Position numbers and translations under genes: made by a program. The notes under the pieces were generated by a model, which saw only the letters and a program-made list of their open reading frames with translations, did no database searches and had not been told where the DNA came from. 64,000 nucleotides of DNA, taken from positions 45,074,001 to 45,138,000 of the forward strand of contig CM059434.1 of NCBI GenBank assembly GCA_030390025.1, given 5' to 3'. This DNA is from Squalus acanthias (taxonomy: Eukaryota). Every line of letters begins with the position of its first letter. The first letter of the stretch is position 1. Below, piece after piece: positions 51,486-64,000 of the stretch.

Positions 51486-52608
51486 GAGTTTTGCTCTTGT
51501 TTCAGCAGCCTTCAGTTAAAAACGGCAGCAGCTGCTCTGCTGCACTGAGCAATACAGGTTTGATGCTGTGCTTCATTTACTCATCTGGTGTCATTGCATG
51601 CTGCTGTGACTCTAAGTAAGAGCATCAAGACAATATCAGTGATTGCACATTTCTCGGTCAAGACAACATTCCGAATCTATCCGGCTATACTAGCCTTCAG
51701 CGCAAGTATCAGTGCCTTGCAAAATGAGGCGTTGTGACAAGCAGCGTGTCGGTTGGCTGTCGTTCAGATTCCCGTTTGCTGCGAGGATGGCAGCACGGAA
51801 GAGCAGAGTCATTTCTGATGGAAAAATGCCTCACTGACGCACAGTTCTTACTAAGTGAAGCGGCCAAGGCACACAATCAGTGAGCATTGCTGGTTTCCTC
51901 GGTCCCTGTTTTCTGCCCTGGCCTTCTCCTTCAGGTTACGTTAAGTAGCGACGACGTTGAACAATGGGGTTTCGGTGATCTCACAATGTGGCTTGGAGAT
52001 AACTTGAGTCAGTGGAATTTAGAATGAAACTTTTGCTGTGTCTCGTTCAATTGCATTTGCAGTGAGTATAATGCAGTCCGGAGCTTCCAGGGCTGCTAAT
52101 GTTGGAAATGCAGCGAATAGCATAAATGAATGAATGAAAGGGTAGGAAACGAGCACAGAGTCAGATTGAATGTGAGTGATTGCCAAACTAAATGTATGCC
52201 ATTTAGTAGTGGGTCAAGTGTGGAGGAGAATGAAATGAGGTTTGCGCTCTCTCGTGGCCGCGGCGAGCATAATTGTGTAAAGTGGAGATTTTGTCAGTGC
52301 AGTGGCTGCAGTGAGCAGCAGGGAGCAGTAAGAGTGAGTTGAATGTGACGGAGACAAAGTGTGGAATATGGTAGTTGAATGCTGTGATGATGATGGGGAG
52401 ACTGTGTGCATGTGCGTGGTGGGCTGCTGAAGATTTCGGTGTTGTAAAGTGTGAGGCTTTGTTGTGGCGATGATATTGGATGTGAGAGGGGAAATGATTG
52501 CGGGTCTCAAGATTAGTGTGGTGAGAAAAGGCAGCGAGTTTGATTGCAGTGTTGGCGATGGACACGTGTGGAGGTTTTTTGTTTGTTTGTTGTAAAGCAA
52601 AGAGTGGG

Positions 52609-52906
52609 AAAAGGATGCGTCTCACTGTATTGGCCAGGCTGCACTGCAGCCTCTATTCACAAGTGCGACCCGACTACTGAGCAGCACGGGGGCTTTGACC
52701 TGCTCCGTTTCCGACCTGGGCCGGTTCACCCCGCTTTATCCGACCTGGTGAGCCCAGGCTATCCTAGGACCACCATGTGGATACTGGTCTTAGTGCGGAC
52801 ACCCGATCGGCACAGAAGACAGCAGTCCAGAACTCCTGACCTCAAGCAATCCTGCAGCCTCAGCCTCCCAGCAGCGGGATCACAGGTACGCGCCACCGCA
52901 CCCGGC
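52609..52906 (-). ncRNA. RN7SL: 7SL/SRP RNA, copy 28
   Basis: Matches copy 2. Confidence 0.96.
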
Positions 52907-54029
52907 GAGTTTTGCTCTTGTTTCAGCAGCCTTCAGTTAAAAACGGCAGCAGCTGCTCTGCTGCACTGAGCAATACAGGTTTGATGCTGTGCTTCATTTA
53001 CTCATCTGGTGTCATTGCATGCTGCTGTGACTCTAAGTAAGAGCATCAAGACAATATCAGTGATTGCACATTTCTCGGTCAAGACAACATTCCGAATCTA
53101 TCCGGCTATACTAGCCTTCAGCGCAAGTATCAGTGCCTTGCAAAATGAGGCGTTGTGACAAGCAGCGTGTCGGTTGGCTGTCGTTCAGATTCCCGTTTGC
53201 TGCGAGGATGGCAGCACGGAAGAGCAGAGTCATTTCTGATGGAAAAATGCCTCACTGACGCACAGTTCTTACTAAGTGAAGCGGCCAAGGCACACAATCA
53301 GTGAGCATTGCTGGTTTCCTCGGTCCCTGTTTTCTGCCCTGGCCTTCTCCTTCAGGTTACGTTAAGTAGCGACGACGTTGAACAATGGGGTTTCGGTGAT
53401 CTCACAATGTGGCTTGGAGATAACTTGAGTCAGTGGAATTTAGAATGAAACTTTTGCTGTGTCTCGTTCAATTGCATTTGCAGTGAGTATAATGCAGTCC
53501 GGAGCTTCCAGGGCTGCTAATGTTGGAAATGCAGCGAATAGCATAAATGAATGAATGAAAGGGTAGGAAACGAGCACAGAGTCAGATTGAATGTGAGTGA
53601 TTGCCAAACTAAATGTATGCCATTTAGTAGTGGGTCAAGTGTGGAGGAGAATGAAATGAGGTTTGCGCTCTCTCGTGGCCGCGGCGAGCATAATTGTGTA
53701 AAGTGGAGATTTTGTCAGTGCAGTGGCTGCAGTGAGCAGCAGGGAGCAGTAAGAGTGAGTTGAATGTGACGGAGACAAAGTGTGGAATATGGTAGTTGAA
53801 TGCTGTGATGATGATGGGGAGACTGTGTGCATGTGCGTGGTGGGCTGCTGAAGATTTCGGTGTTGTAAAGTGTGAGGCTTTGTTGTGGCGATGATATTGG
53901 ATGTGAGAGGGGAAATGATTGCGGGTCTCAAGATTAGTGTGGTGAGAAAAGGCAGCGAGTTTGATTGCAGTGTTGGCGATGGACACGTGTGGAGGTTTTT
54001 TGTTTGTTTGTTGTAAAGCAAAGAGTGGG

Positions 54030-54327
54030 AAAAGGATGCGTCTCACTGTATTGGCCAGGCTGCACTGCAGCCTCTATTCACAAGTGCGACCCGACTACTG
54101 AGCAGCACGGGGGCTTTGACCTGCTCCGTTTCCGACCTGGGCCGGTTCACCCCGCTTTATCCGACCTGGTGAGCCCAGGCTATCCTAGGACCACCATGTG
54201 GATACTGGTCTTAGTGCGGACACCCGATCGGCACAGAAGACAGCAGTCCAGAACTCCTGACCTCAAGCAATCCTGCAGCCTCAGCCTCCCAGCAGCGGGA
54301 TCACAGGTACGCGCCACCGCACCCGGC
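54030..54327 (-). ncRNA. RN7SL: 7SL/SRP RNA, copy 29
   Basis: Matches copy 2. Confidence 0.96.
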
Positions 54328-55450
54328 GAGTTTTGCTCTTGTTTCAGCAGCCTTCAGTTAAAAACGGCAGCAGCTGCTCTGCTGCACTGAGCAATACAGG
54401 TTTGATGCTGTGCTTCATTTACTCATCTGGTGTCATTGCATGCTGCTGTGACTCTAAGTAAGAGCATCAAGACAATATCAGTGATTGCACATTTCTCGGT
54501 CAAGACAACATTCCGAATCTATCCGGCTATACTAGCCTTCAGCGCAAGTATCAGTGCCTTGCAAAATGAGGCGTTGTGACAAGCAGCGTGTCGGTTGGCT
54601 GTCGTTCAGATTCCCGTTTGCTGCGAGGATGGCAGCACGGAAGAGCAGAGTCATTTCTGATGGAAAAATGCCTCACTGACGCACAGTTCTTACTAAGTGA
54701 AGCGGCCAAGGCACACAATCAGTGAGCATTGCTGGTTTCCTCGGTCCCTGTTTTCTGCCCTGGCCTTCTCCTTCAGGTTACGTTAAGTAGCGACGACGTT
54801 GAACAATGGGGTTTCGGTGATCTCACAATGTGGCTTGGAGATAACTTGAGTCAGTGGAATTTAGAATGAAACTTTTGCTGTGTCTCGTTCAATTGCATTT
54901 GCAGTGAGTATAATGCAGTCCGGAGCTTCCAGGGCTGCTAATGTTGGAAATGCAGCGAATAGCATAAATGAATGAATGAAAGGGTAGGAAACGAGCACAG
55001 AGTCAGATTGAATGTGAGTGATTGCCAAACTAAATGTATGCCATTTAGTAGTGGGTCAAGTGTGGAGGAGAATGAAATGAGGTTTGCGCTCTCTCGTGGC
55101 CGCGGCGAGCATAATTGTGTAAAGTGGAGATTTTGTCAGTGCAGTGGCTGCAGTGAGCAGCAGGGAGCAGTAAGAGTGAGTTGAATGTGACGGAGACAAA
55201 GTGTGGAATATGGTAGTTGAATGCTGTGATGATGATGGGGAGACTGTGTGCATGTGCGTGGTGGGCTGCTGAAGATTTCGGTGTTGTAAAGTGTGAGGCT
55301 TTGTTGTGGCGATGATATTGGATGTGAGAGGGGAAATGATTGCGGGTCTCAAGATTAGTGTGGTGAGAAAAGGCAGCGAGTTTGATTGCAGTGTTGGCGA
55401 TGGACACGTGTGGAGGTTTTTTGTTTGTTTGTTGTAAAGCAAAGAGTGGG

Positions 55451-55748
55451 AAAAGGATGCGTCTCACTGTATTGGCCAGGCTGCACTGCAGCCTCTATTC
55501 ACAAGTGCGACCCGACTACTGAGCAGCACGGGGGCTTTGACCTGCTCCGTTTCCGACCTGGGCCGGTTCACCCCGCTTTATCCGACCTGGTGAGCCCAGG
55601 CTATCCTAGGACCACCATGTGGATACTGGTCTTAGTGCGGACACCCGATCGGCACAGAAGACAGCAGTCCAGAACTCCTGACCTCAAGCAATCCTGCAGC
55701 CTCAGCCTCCCAGCAGCGGGATCACAGGTACGCGCCACCGCACCCGGC
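55451..55748 (-). ncRNA. RN7SL: 7SL/SRP RNA, copy 30
   Basis: Matches copy 2. Confidence 0.96.
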
Positions 55749-56871
55749 GAGTTTTGCTCTTGTTTCAGCAGCCTTCAGTTAAAAACGGCAGCAGCTGCTC
55801 TGCTGCACTGAGCAATACAGGTTTGATGCTGTGCTTCATTTACTCATCTGGTGTCATTGCATGCTGCTGTGACTCTAAGTAAGAGCATCAAGACAATATC
55901 AGTGATTGCACATTTCTCGGTCAAGACAACATTCCGAATCTATCCGGCTATACTAGCCTTCAGCGCAAGTATCAGTGCCTTGCAAAATGAGGCGTTGTGA
56001 CAAGCAGCGTGTCGGTTGGCTGTCGTTCAGATTCCCGTTTGCTGCGAGGATGGCAGCACGGAAGAGCAGAGTCATTTCTGATGGAAAAATGCCTCACTGA
56101 CGCACAGTTCTTACTAAGTGAAGCGGCCAAGGCACACAATCAGTGAGCATTGCTGGTTTCCTCGGTCCCTGTTTTCTGCCCTGGCCTTCTCCTTCAGGTT
56201 ACGTTAAGTAGCGACGACGTTGAACAATGGGGTTTCGGTGATCTCACAATGTGGCTTGGAGATAACTTGAGTCAGTGGAATTTAGAATGTAACTTTTGCT
56301 GTGTCTCGTTCAATTGCATTTGCAGTGAGTATAATGCAGTCCGGAGCTTCCAGGGCTGCTAATGTTGGAAATGCAGCGAATAGCATAAATGAATGAATGA
56401 AAGGGTAGGAAACGAGCACAGAGTCAGATTGAATGTGAGTGATTGCCAAACTAAATGTATGCCATTTAGTAGTGGGTCAAGTGTGGAGGAGAATGAAATG
56501 AGGTTTGCGCTCTCTCGTGGCCGCGGCGAGCATAATTGTGTAAAGTGGAGATTTTGTCAGTGCAGTGGCTGCAGTGAGCAGCAGGGAGCAGTAAGAGTGA
56601 GTTGAATGTGACGGAGACAAAGTGTGGAATATGGTAGTTGAATGCTGTGATGATGATGGGGAGACTGTGTGCATGTGCGTGGTGGGCTGCTGAAGATTTC
56701 GGTGTTGTAAAGTGTGAGGCTTTGTTGTGGCGATGATATTGGATGTGAGAGGGGAAATGATTGCGGGTCTCAAGATTAGTGTGGTGAGAAAAGGCAGCGA
56801 GTTTGATTGCAGTGTTGGCGATGGACACGTGTGGAGGTTTTTTGTTTGTTTGTTGTAAAGCAAAGAGTGGG

Positions 56872-57169
56872 AAAAGGATGCGTCTCACTGTATTGGCCAG
56901 GCTGCACTGCAGCCTCTATTCACAAGTGCGACCCGACTACTGAGCAGCACGGGGGCTTTGACCTGCTCCGTTTCCGACCTGGGCCGGTTCACCCCGCTTT
57001 ATCCGACCTGGTGAGCCCAGGCTATCCTAGGACCACCATGTGGATACTGGTCTTAGTGCGGACACCCGATCGGCACAGAAGACAGCAGTCCAGAACTCCT
57101 GACCTCAAGCAATCCTGCAGCCTCAGCCTCCCAGCAGCGGGATCACAGGTACGCGCCACCGCACCCGGC
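56872..57169 (-). ncRNA. RN7SL: 7SL/SRP RNA, copy 31
   Basis: Matches copy 2. Confidence 0.96.
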
Positions 57170-58292
57170 GAGTTTTGCTCTTGTTTCAGCAGCCTTCAGT
57201 TAAAAACGGCAGCAGCTGCTCTGCTGCACTGAGCAATACAGGTTTGATGCTGTGCTTCATTTACTCATCTGGTGTCATTGCATGCTGCTGTGACTCTAAG
57301 TAAGAGCATCAAGACAATATCAGTGATTGCACATTTCTCGGTCAAGACAACATTCCGAATCTATCCGGCTATACTAGCCTTCAGCGCAAGTATCAGTGCC
57401 TTGCAAAATGAGGCGTTGTGACAAGCAGCGTGTCGGTTGGCTGTCGTTCAGATTCCCGTTTGCTGCGAGGATGGCAGCACGGAAGAGCAGAGTCATTTCT
57501 GATGGAAAAATGCCTCACTGACGCACAGTTCTTACTAAGTGAAGCGGCCAAGGCACACAATCAGTGAGCATTGCTGGTTTCCTCGGTCCCTGTTTTCTGC
57601 CCTGGCCTTCTCCTTCAGGTTACGTTAAGTAGCGACGACGTTGAACAATGGGGTTTCGGTGATCTCACAATGTGGCTTGGAGATAACTTGAGTCAGTGGA
57701 ATTTAGAATGAAACTTTTGCTGTGTCTCGTTCAATTGCATTTGCAGTGAGTATAATGCAGTCCGGAGCTTCCAGGGCTGCTAATGTTGGAAATGCAGCGA
57801 ATAGCATAAATGAATGAATGAAAGGGTAGGAAACGAGCACAGAGTCAGATTGAATGTGAGTGATTGCCAAACTAAATGTATGCCATTTAGTAGTGGGTCA
57901 AGTGTGGAGGAGAATGAAATGAGGTTTGCGCTCTCTCGTGGCCGCGGCGAGCATAATTGTGTAAAGTGGAGATTTTGTCAGTGCAGTGGCTGCAGTGAGC
58001 AGCAGGGAGCAGTAAGAGTGAGTTGAATGTGACGGAGACAAAGTGTGGAATATGGTAGTTGAATGCTGTGATGATGATGGGGAGACTGTGTGCATGTGCG
58101 TGGTGGGCTGCTGAAGATTTCGGTGTTGTAAAGTGTGAGGCTTTGTTGTGGCGATGATATTGGATGTGAGAGGGGAAATGATTGCGGGTCTCAAGATTAG
58201 TGTGGTGAGAAAAGGCAGCGAGTTTGATTGCAGTGTTGGCGATGGACACGTGTGGAGGTTTTTTGTTTGTTTGTTGTAAAGCAAAGAGTGGG

Positions 58293-58590
58293 AAAAGGAT
58301 GCGTCTCACTGTATTGGCCAGGCTGCACTGCAGCCTCTATTCACAAGTGCGACCCGACTACTGAGCAGCACGGGGGCTTTGACCTGCTCCGTTTCCGACC
58401 TGGGCCGGTTCACCCCGCTTTATCCGACCTGGTGAGCCCAGGCTATCCTAGGACCACCATGTGGATACTGGTCTTAGTGCGGACACCCGATCGGCACAGA
58501 AGACAGCAGTCCAGAACTCCTGACCTCAAGCAATCCTGCAGCCTCAGCCTCCCAGCAGCGGGATCACAGGTACGCGCCACCGCACCCGGC
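58293..58590 (-). ncRNA. RN7SL: 7SL/SRP RNA, copy 32
   Basis: Matches copy 2. Confidence 0.96.
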
Positions 58591-59713
58591 GAGTTTTGCT
58601 CTTGTTTCAGCAGCCTTCAGTTAAAAACGGCAGCAGCTGCTCTGCTGCACTGAGCAATACAGGTTTGATGCTGTGCTTCATTTACTCATCTGGTGTCATT
58701 GCATGCTGCTGTGACTCTAAGTAAGAGCATCAAGACAATATCAGTGATTGCACATTTCTCGGTCAAGACAACATTCCGAATCTATCCGGCTATACTAGCC
58801 TTCAGCGCAAGTATCAGTGCCTTGCAAAATGAGGCGTTGTGACAAGCAGCGTGTCGGTTGGCTGTCGTTCAGATTCCCGTTTGCTGCGAGGATGGCAGCA
58901 CGGAAGAGCAGAGTCATTTCTGATGGAAAAATGCCTCACTGACGCACAGTTCTTACTAAGTGAAGCGGCCAAGGCACACAATCAGTGAGCATTGCTGGTT
59001 TCCTCGGTCCCTGTTTTCTGCCCTGGCCTTCTCCTTCAGGTTACGTTAAGTAGCGACGACGTTGAACAATGGGGTTTCGGTGATCTCACAATGTGGCTTG
59101 GAGATAACTTGAGTCAGTGGAATTTAGAATGTAACTTTTGCTGTGTCTCGTTCAATTGCATTTGCAGTGAGTATAATGCAGTCCGGAGCTTCCAGGGCTG
59201 CTAATGTTGGAAATGCAGCGAATAGCATAAATGAATGAATGAAAGGGTAGGAAACGAGCACAGAGTCAGATTGAATGTGAGTGATTGCCAAACTAAATGT
59301 ATGCCATTTAGTAGTGGGTCAAGTGTGGAGGAGAATGAAATGAGGTTTGCGCTCTCTCGTGGCCGCGGCGAGCATAATTGTGTAAAGTGGAGATTTTGTC
59401 AGTGCAGTGGCTGCAGTGAGCAGCAGGGAGCAGTAAGAGTGAGTTGAATGTGACGGAGACAAAGTGTGGAATATGGTAGTTGAATGCTGTGATGATGATG
59501 GGGAGACTGTGTGCATGTGCGTGGTGGGCTGCTGAAGATTTCGGTGTTGTAAAGTGTGAGGCTTTGTTGTGGCGATGATATTGGATGTGAGAGGGGAAAT
59601 GATTGCGGGTCTCAAGATTAGTGTGGTGAGAAAAGGCAGCGAGTTTGATTGCAGTGTTGGCGATGGACACGTGTGGAGGTTTTTTGTTTGTTTGTTGTAA
59701 AGCAAAGAGTGGG

Positions 59714-60011
59714 AAAAGGATGCGTCTCACTGTATTGGCCAGGCTGCACTGCAGCCTCTATTCACAAGTGCGACCCGACTACTGAGCAGCACGGGGGCTT
59801 TGACCTGCTCCGTTTCCGACCTGGGCCGGTTCACCCCGCTTTATCCGACCTGGTGAGCCCAGGCTATCCTAGGACCACCATGTGGATACTGGTCTTAGTG
59901 CGGACACCCGATCGGCACAGAAGACAGCAGTCCAGAACTCCTGACCTCAAGCAATCCTGCAGCCTCAGCCTCCCAGCAGCGGGATCACAGGTACGCGCCA
60001 CCGCACCCGGC
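59714..60011 (-). ncRNA. RN7SL: 7SL/SRP RNA, copy 33
   Basis: Matches copy 2. Confidence 0.96.
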
Positions 60012-61134
60012 GAGTTTTGCTCTTGTTTCAGCAGCCTTCAGTTAAAAACGGCAGCAGCTGCTCTGCTGCACTGAGCAATACAGGTTTGATGCTGTGCTTC
60101 ATTTACTCATCTGGTGTCATTGCATGCTGCTGTGACTCTAAGTAAGAGCATCAAGACAATATCAGTGATTGCACATTTCTCGGTCAAGACAACATTCCGA
60201 ATCTATCCGGCTATACTAGCCTTCAGCGCAAGTATCAGTGCCTTGCAAAATGAGGCGTTGTGACAAGCAGCGTGTCGGTTGGCTGTCGTTCAGATTCCCG
60301 TTTGCTGCGAGGATGGCAGCACGGAAGAGCAGAGTCATTTCTGATGGATAAATGCCTCACTGACGCACAGTTCTTACTAAGTGAAGCGGCCAAGGCACAC
60401 AATCAGTGAGCATTGCTGGTTTCCTCGGTCCCTGTTTTCTGCCCTGGCCTTCTCCTTCAGGTTACGTTAAGTAGCGACGACGTTGAACAATGGGGTTTCG
60501 GTGATCTCACAATGTGGCTTGGAGATAACTTGAGTCAGTGGAATTTAGAATGTAACTTTTGCTGTGTCTCGTTCAATTGCATTTGCAGTGAGTATAATGC
60601 AGTCCGGAGCTTCCAGGGCTGCTAATGTTGGAAATGCAGCGAATAGCATAAATGAATGAATGAAAGGGTAGGAAACGAGCACAGAGTCAGATTGAATGTG
60701 AGTGATTGCCAAACTAAATGTATGCCATTTAGTAGTGGGTCAAGTGTGGAGGAGAATGAAATGAGGTTTGCGCTCTCTCGTGGCCGCGGCGAGCATAATT
60801 GTGTAAAGTGGAGATTTTGTCAGTGCAGTGGCTGCAGTGAGCAGCAGGGAGCAGTAAGAGTGAGTTGAATGTGACGGAGACAAAGTGTGGAATATGGTAG
60901 TTGAATGCTGTGATGATGATGGGGAGACTGTGTGCATGTGCGTGGTGGGCTGCTGAAGATTTCGGTGTTGTAAAGTGTGAGGCTTTGTTGTGGCGATGAT
61001 ATTGGATGTGAGAGGGGAAATGATTGCGGGTCTCAAGATTAGTGTGGTGAGAAAAGGCAGCGAGTTTGATTGCAGTGTTGGCGATGGACACGTGTGGAGG
61101 TTTTTTGTTTGTTTGTTGTAAAGCAAAGAGTGGG

Positions 61135-61432
61135 AAAAGGATGCGTCTCACTGTATTGGCCAGGCTGCACTGCAGCCTCTATTCACAAGTGCGACCCGAC
61201 TACTGAGCAGCACGGGGGCTTTGACCTGCTCCGTTTCCGACCTGGGCCGGTTCACCCCGCTTTATCCGACCTGGTGAGCCCAGGCTATCCTAGGACCACC
61301 ATGTGGATACTGGTCTTAGTGCGGACACCCGATCGGCACAGAAGACAGCAGTCCAGAACTCCTGACCTCAAGCAATCCTGCAGCCTCAGCCTCCCAGCAG
61401 CGGGATCACAGGTACGCGCCACCGCACCCGGC
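61135..61432 (-). ncRNA. RN7SL: 7SL/SRP RNA, copy 34
   Basis: Matches copy 2. Confidence 0.96.
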
Positions 61433-62555
61433 GAGTTTTGCTCTTGTTTCAGCAGCCTTCAGTTAAAAACGGCAGCAGCTGCTCTGCTGCACTGAGCAAT
61501 ACAGGTTTGATGCTGTGCTTCATTTACTCATCTGGTGTCATTGCATGCTGCTGTGACTCTAAGTAAGAGCATCAAGACAATATCAGTGATTGCACATTTC
61601 TCGGTCAAGACAACATTCCGAATCTATCCGGCTATACTAGCCTTCAGCGCAAGTATCAGTGCCTTGCAAAATGAGGCGTTGTGACAAGCAGCGTGTCGGT
61701 TGGCTGTCGTTCAGATTCCCGTTTGCTGCGAGGATGGCAGCACGGAAGAGCAGAGTCATTTCTGATGGATAAATGCCTCACTGACGCACAGTTCTTACTA
61801 AGTGAAGCGGCCAAGGCACACAATCAGTGAGCATTGCTGGTTTCCTCGGTCCCTGTTTTCTGCCCTGGCCTTCTCCTTCAGGTTACGTTAAGTAGCGACG
61901 ACGTTGAACAATGGGGTTTCGGTGATCTCACAATGTGGCTTGGAGATAACTTGAGTCAGTGGAATTTAGAATGTAACTTTTGCTGTGTCTCGTTCAATTG
62001 CATTTGCAGTGAGTATAATGCAGTCCGGAGCTTCCAGGGCTGCTAATGTTGGAAATGCAGCGAATAGCATAAATGAATGAATGAAAGGGTAGGAAACGAG
62101 CACAGAGTCAGATTGAATGTGAGTGATTGCCAAACTAAATGTATGCCATTTAGTAGTGGGTCAAGTGTGGAGGAGAATGAAATGAGGTTTGCGCTCTCTC
62201 GTGGCCGCGGCGAGCATAATTGTGTAAAGTGGAGATTTTGTCAGTGCAGTGGCTGCAGTGAGCAGCAGGGAGCAGTAAGAGTGAGTTGAATGTGACGGAG
62301 ACAAAGTGTGGAATATGGTAGTTGAATGCTGTGATGATGATGGGGAGACTGTGTGCATGTGCGTGGTGGGCTGCTGAAGATTTCGGTGTTGTAAAGTGTG
62401 AGGCTTTGTTGTGGCGATGATATTGGATGTGAGAGGGGAAATGATTGCGGGTCTCAAGATTAGTGTGGTGAGAAAAGGCAGCGAGTTTGATTGCAGTGTT
62501 GGCGATGGACACGTGTGGAGGTTTTTTGTTTGTTTGTTGTAAAGCAAAGAGTGGG

Positions 62556-62853
62556 AAAAGGATGCGTCTCACTGTATTGGCCAGGCTGCACTGCAGCCTC
62601 TATTCACAAGTGCGACCCGACTACTGAGCAGCACGGGGGCTTTGACCTGCTCCGTTTCCGACCTGGGCCGGTTCACCCCGCTTTATCCGACCTGGTGAGC
62701 CCAGGCTATCCTAGGACCACCATGTGGATACTGGTCTTAGTGCGGACACCCGATCGGCACAGAAGACAGCAGTCCAGAACTCCTGACCTCAAGCAATCCT
62801 GCAGCCTCAGCCTCCCAGCAGCGGGATCACAGGTACGCGCCACCGCACCCGGC
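62556..62853 (-). ncRNA. RN7SL: 7SL/SRP RNA, copy 35
   Basis: Matches copy 2. Confidence 0.96.
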
Positions 62854-63976
62854 GAGTTTTGCTCTTGTTTCAGCAGCCTTCAGTTAAAAACGGCAGCAGC
62901 TGCTCTGCTGCACTGAGCAATACAGGTTTGATGCTGTGCTTCATTTACTCATCTGGTGTCATTGCATGCTGCTGTGACTCTAAGTAAGAGCATCAAGACA
63001 ACATCAGTGATTGCACATTTCTCGGTCAAGACAACATTCCGAATCTATCCGGCTATACTAGCCTTCAGCGCAAGTATCAGTGCCTTGCAAAATGAGGCGT
63101 TGTGACAAGCAGCGTGTCGGTTGGCTGTCGTTCAGATTCCCGTTTGCTGCGAGGATGGCAGCACGGAAGAGCAGAGTCATTTCTGATGGATAAATGCCTC
63201 ACTGACGCACAGTTCTTACTAAGTGAAGCGGCCAAGGCACACAATCAGTGAGCATTGCTGGTTTCCTCGGTCCCTGTTTTCTGCCCTGGCCTTCTCCTTC
63301 AGGTTACGTTAAGTAGCGACGACGTTGAACAATGGGGTTTCGGTGATCTCACAATGTGGCTTGGAGATAACTTGAGTCAGTGGAATTTAGAATGTAACTT
63401 TTGCTGTGTCTCGTTCAATTGCATTTGCAGTGAGTATAATGCAGTCCGGAGCTTCCAGGGCTGCTAATGTTGGAAATGCAGCGAATAGCATAAATGAATG
63501 AATGAAAGGGTAGGAAACGAGCACAGAGTCAGATTGAATGTGAGTGATTGCCAAACTAAATGTATGCCATTTAGTAGTGGGTCAAGTGTGGAGGAGAATG
63601 AAATGAGGTTTGCGCTCTCTCGTGGCCGCGGCGAGCATAATTGTGTAAAGTGGAGATTTTGTCAGTGCAGTGGCTGCAGTGAGCAGCAGGGAGCAGTAAG
63701 AGTGAGTTGAATGTGACGGAGACAAAGTGTGGAATATGGTAGTTGAATGCTGTGATGATGATGGGGAGACTGTGTGCATGTGCGTGGTGGGCTGCTGAAG
63801 ATTTCGGTGTTGTAAAGTGTGAGGCTTTGTTGTGGCGATGATATTGGATGTGAGAGGGGAAATGATTGCGGGTCTCAAGATTAGTGTGGTGAGAAAAGGC
63901 AGCGAGTTTGATTGCAGTGTTGGCGATGGACACGTGTGGAGGTTTTTTGTTTGTTTGTTGTAAAGCAAAGAGTGGG

Positions 63977-64000
63977 AAAAGGATGCGTCTCACTGTATTG
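63977..64000 (-). ncRNA. RN7SL: 7SL/SRP RNA, copy 36 (3' end only, cut by the window edge)
   Basis: AAAAGGATGCGTCTCACTGTATTG equals the last 24 nt of the consensus gene. Confidence 0.85.

Larger units (their letters stand above)
13499..64000 (-). repeat. Tandem array of 1,419/1,421-bp units, each carrying one 7SL RNA gene
   Basis: Identical ORFs recur every 1419 or 1421 bp. Internal units differ at only a few positions. The leftmost unit is diverged and the array runs off the right edge. Confidence 0.99.

Noticed and set aside
14116-63993. Recurrent 70-172 aa ORFs in each array unit (MQCWRW.., MNERVG.., MRRILF.., MLYNKQ.., MTSSVS.., MLVSSV..)
   Set aside because: They have no recognisable domains and overlap on both strands. 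Most use non-ATG starts, one is antisense to 7SL, and several are freely made or broken by spacer indels and SNPs.
13499-64000. CRISPR-like array, 5S rDNA or plain satellite
   Set aside because: Spacers are near-identical rather than unique and the context is eukaryotic. I recognised no 5S, tRNA or U snRNA sequence, and each unit contains a structured 7SL gene.

Overview
Vertebrate genomic DNA, most likely from a shark or ray; this is inferred from the CR1 3' end, a DeuSINE and L2 elements. No intact cellular protein-coding gene is present. Positions 1-13,460 are nested, decayed transposons: a Gypsy LTR retrotransposon interrupted by two CR1 LINEs and a DeuSINE, with one CR1 carrying a 16-bp-TIR MITE, followed by an L2 LINE containing a LINE 3' fragment and an internal inverted duplication. 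From about 13,500 to the window end lies a head-to-tail tandem array of 1,419/1,421-bp units. Each unit carries one full-length (~298 nt) 7SL/SRP RNA gene on the minus strand: 35 complete copies plus a partial 36th, and the array runs past the window. The 7SL copies keep the Alu domain, helix 5 and the SRP54-binding helix 8, with compensatory base changes relative to human 7SL as I recall it. They all share an unusual AUAG helix-6 tetraloop. This rDNA-like 7SL array, with a diverged edge copy and spatially graded variants, is the main finding. The repeated ORFs in the array are artefacts.
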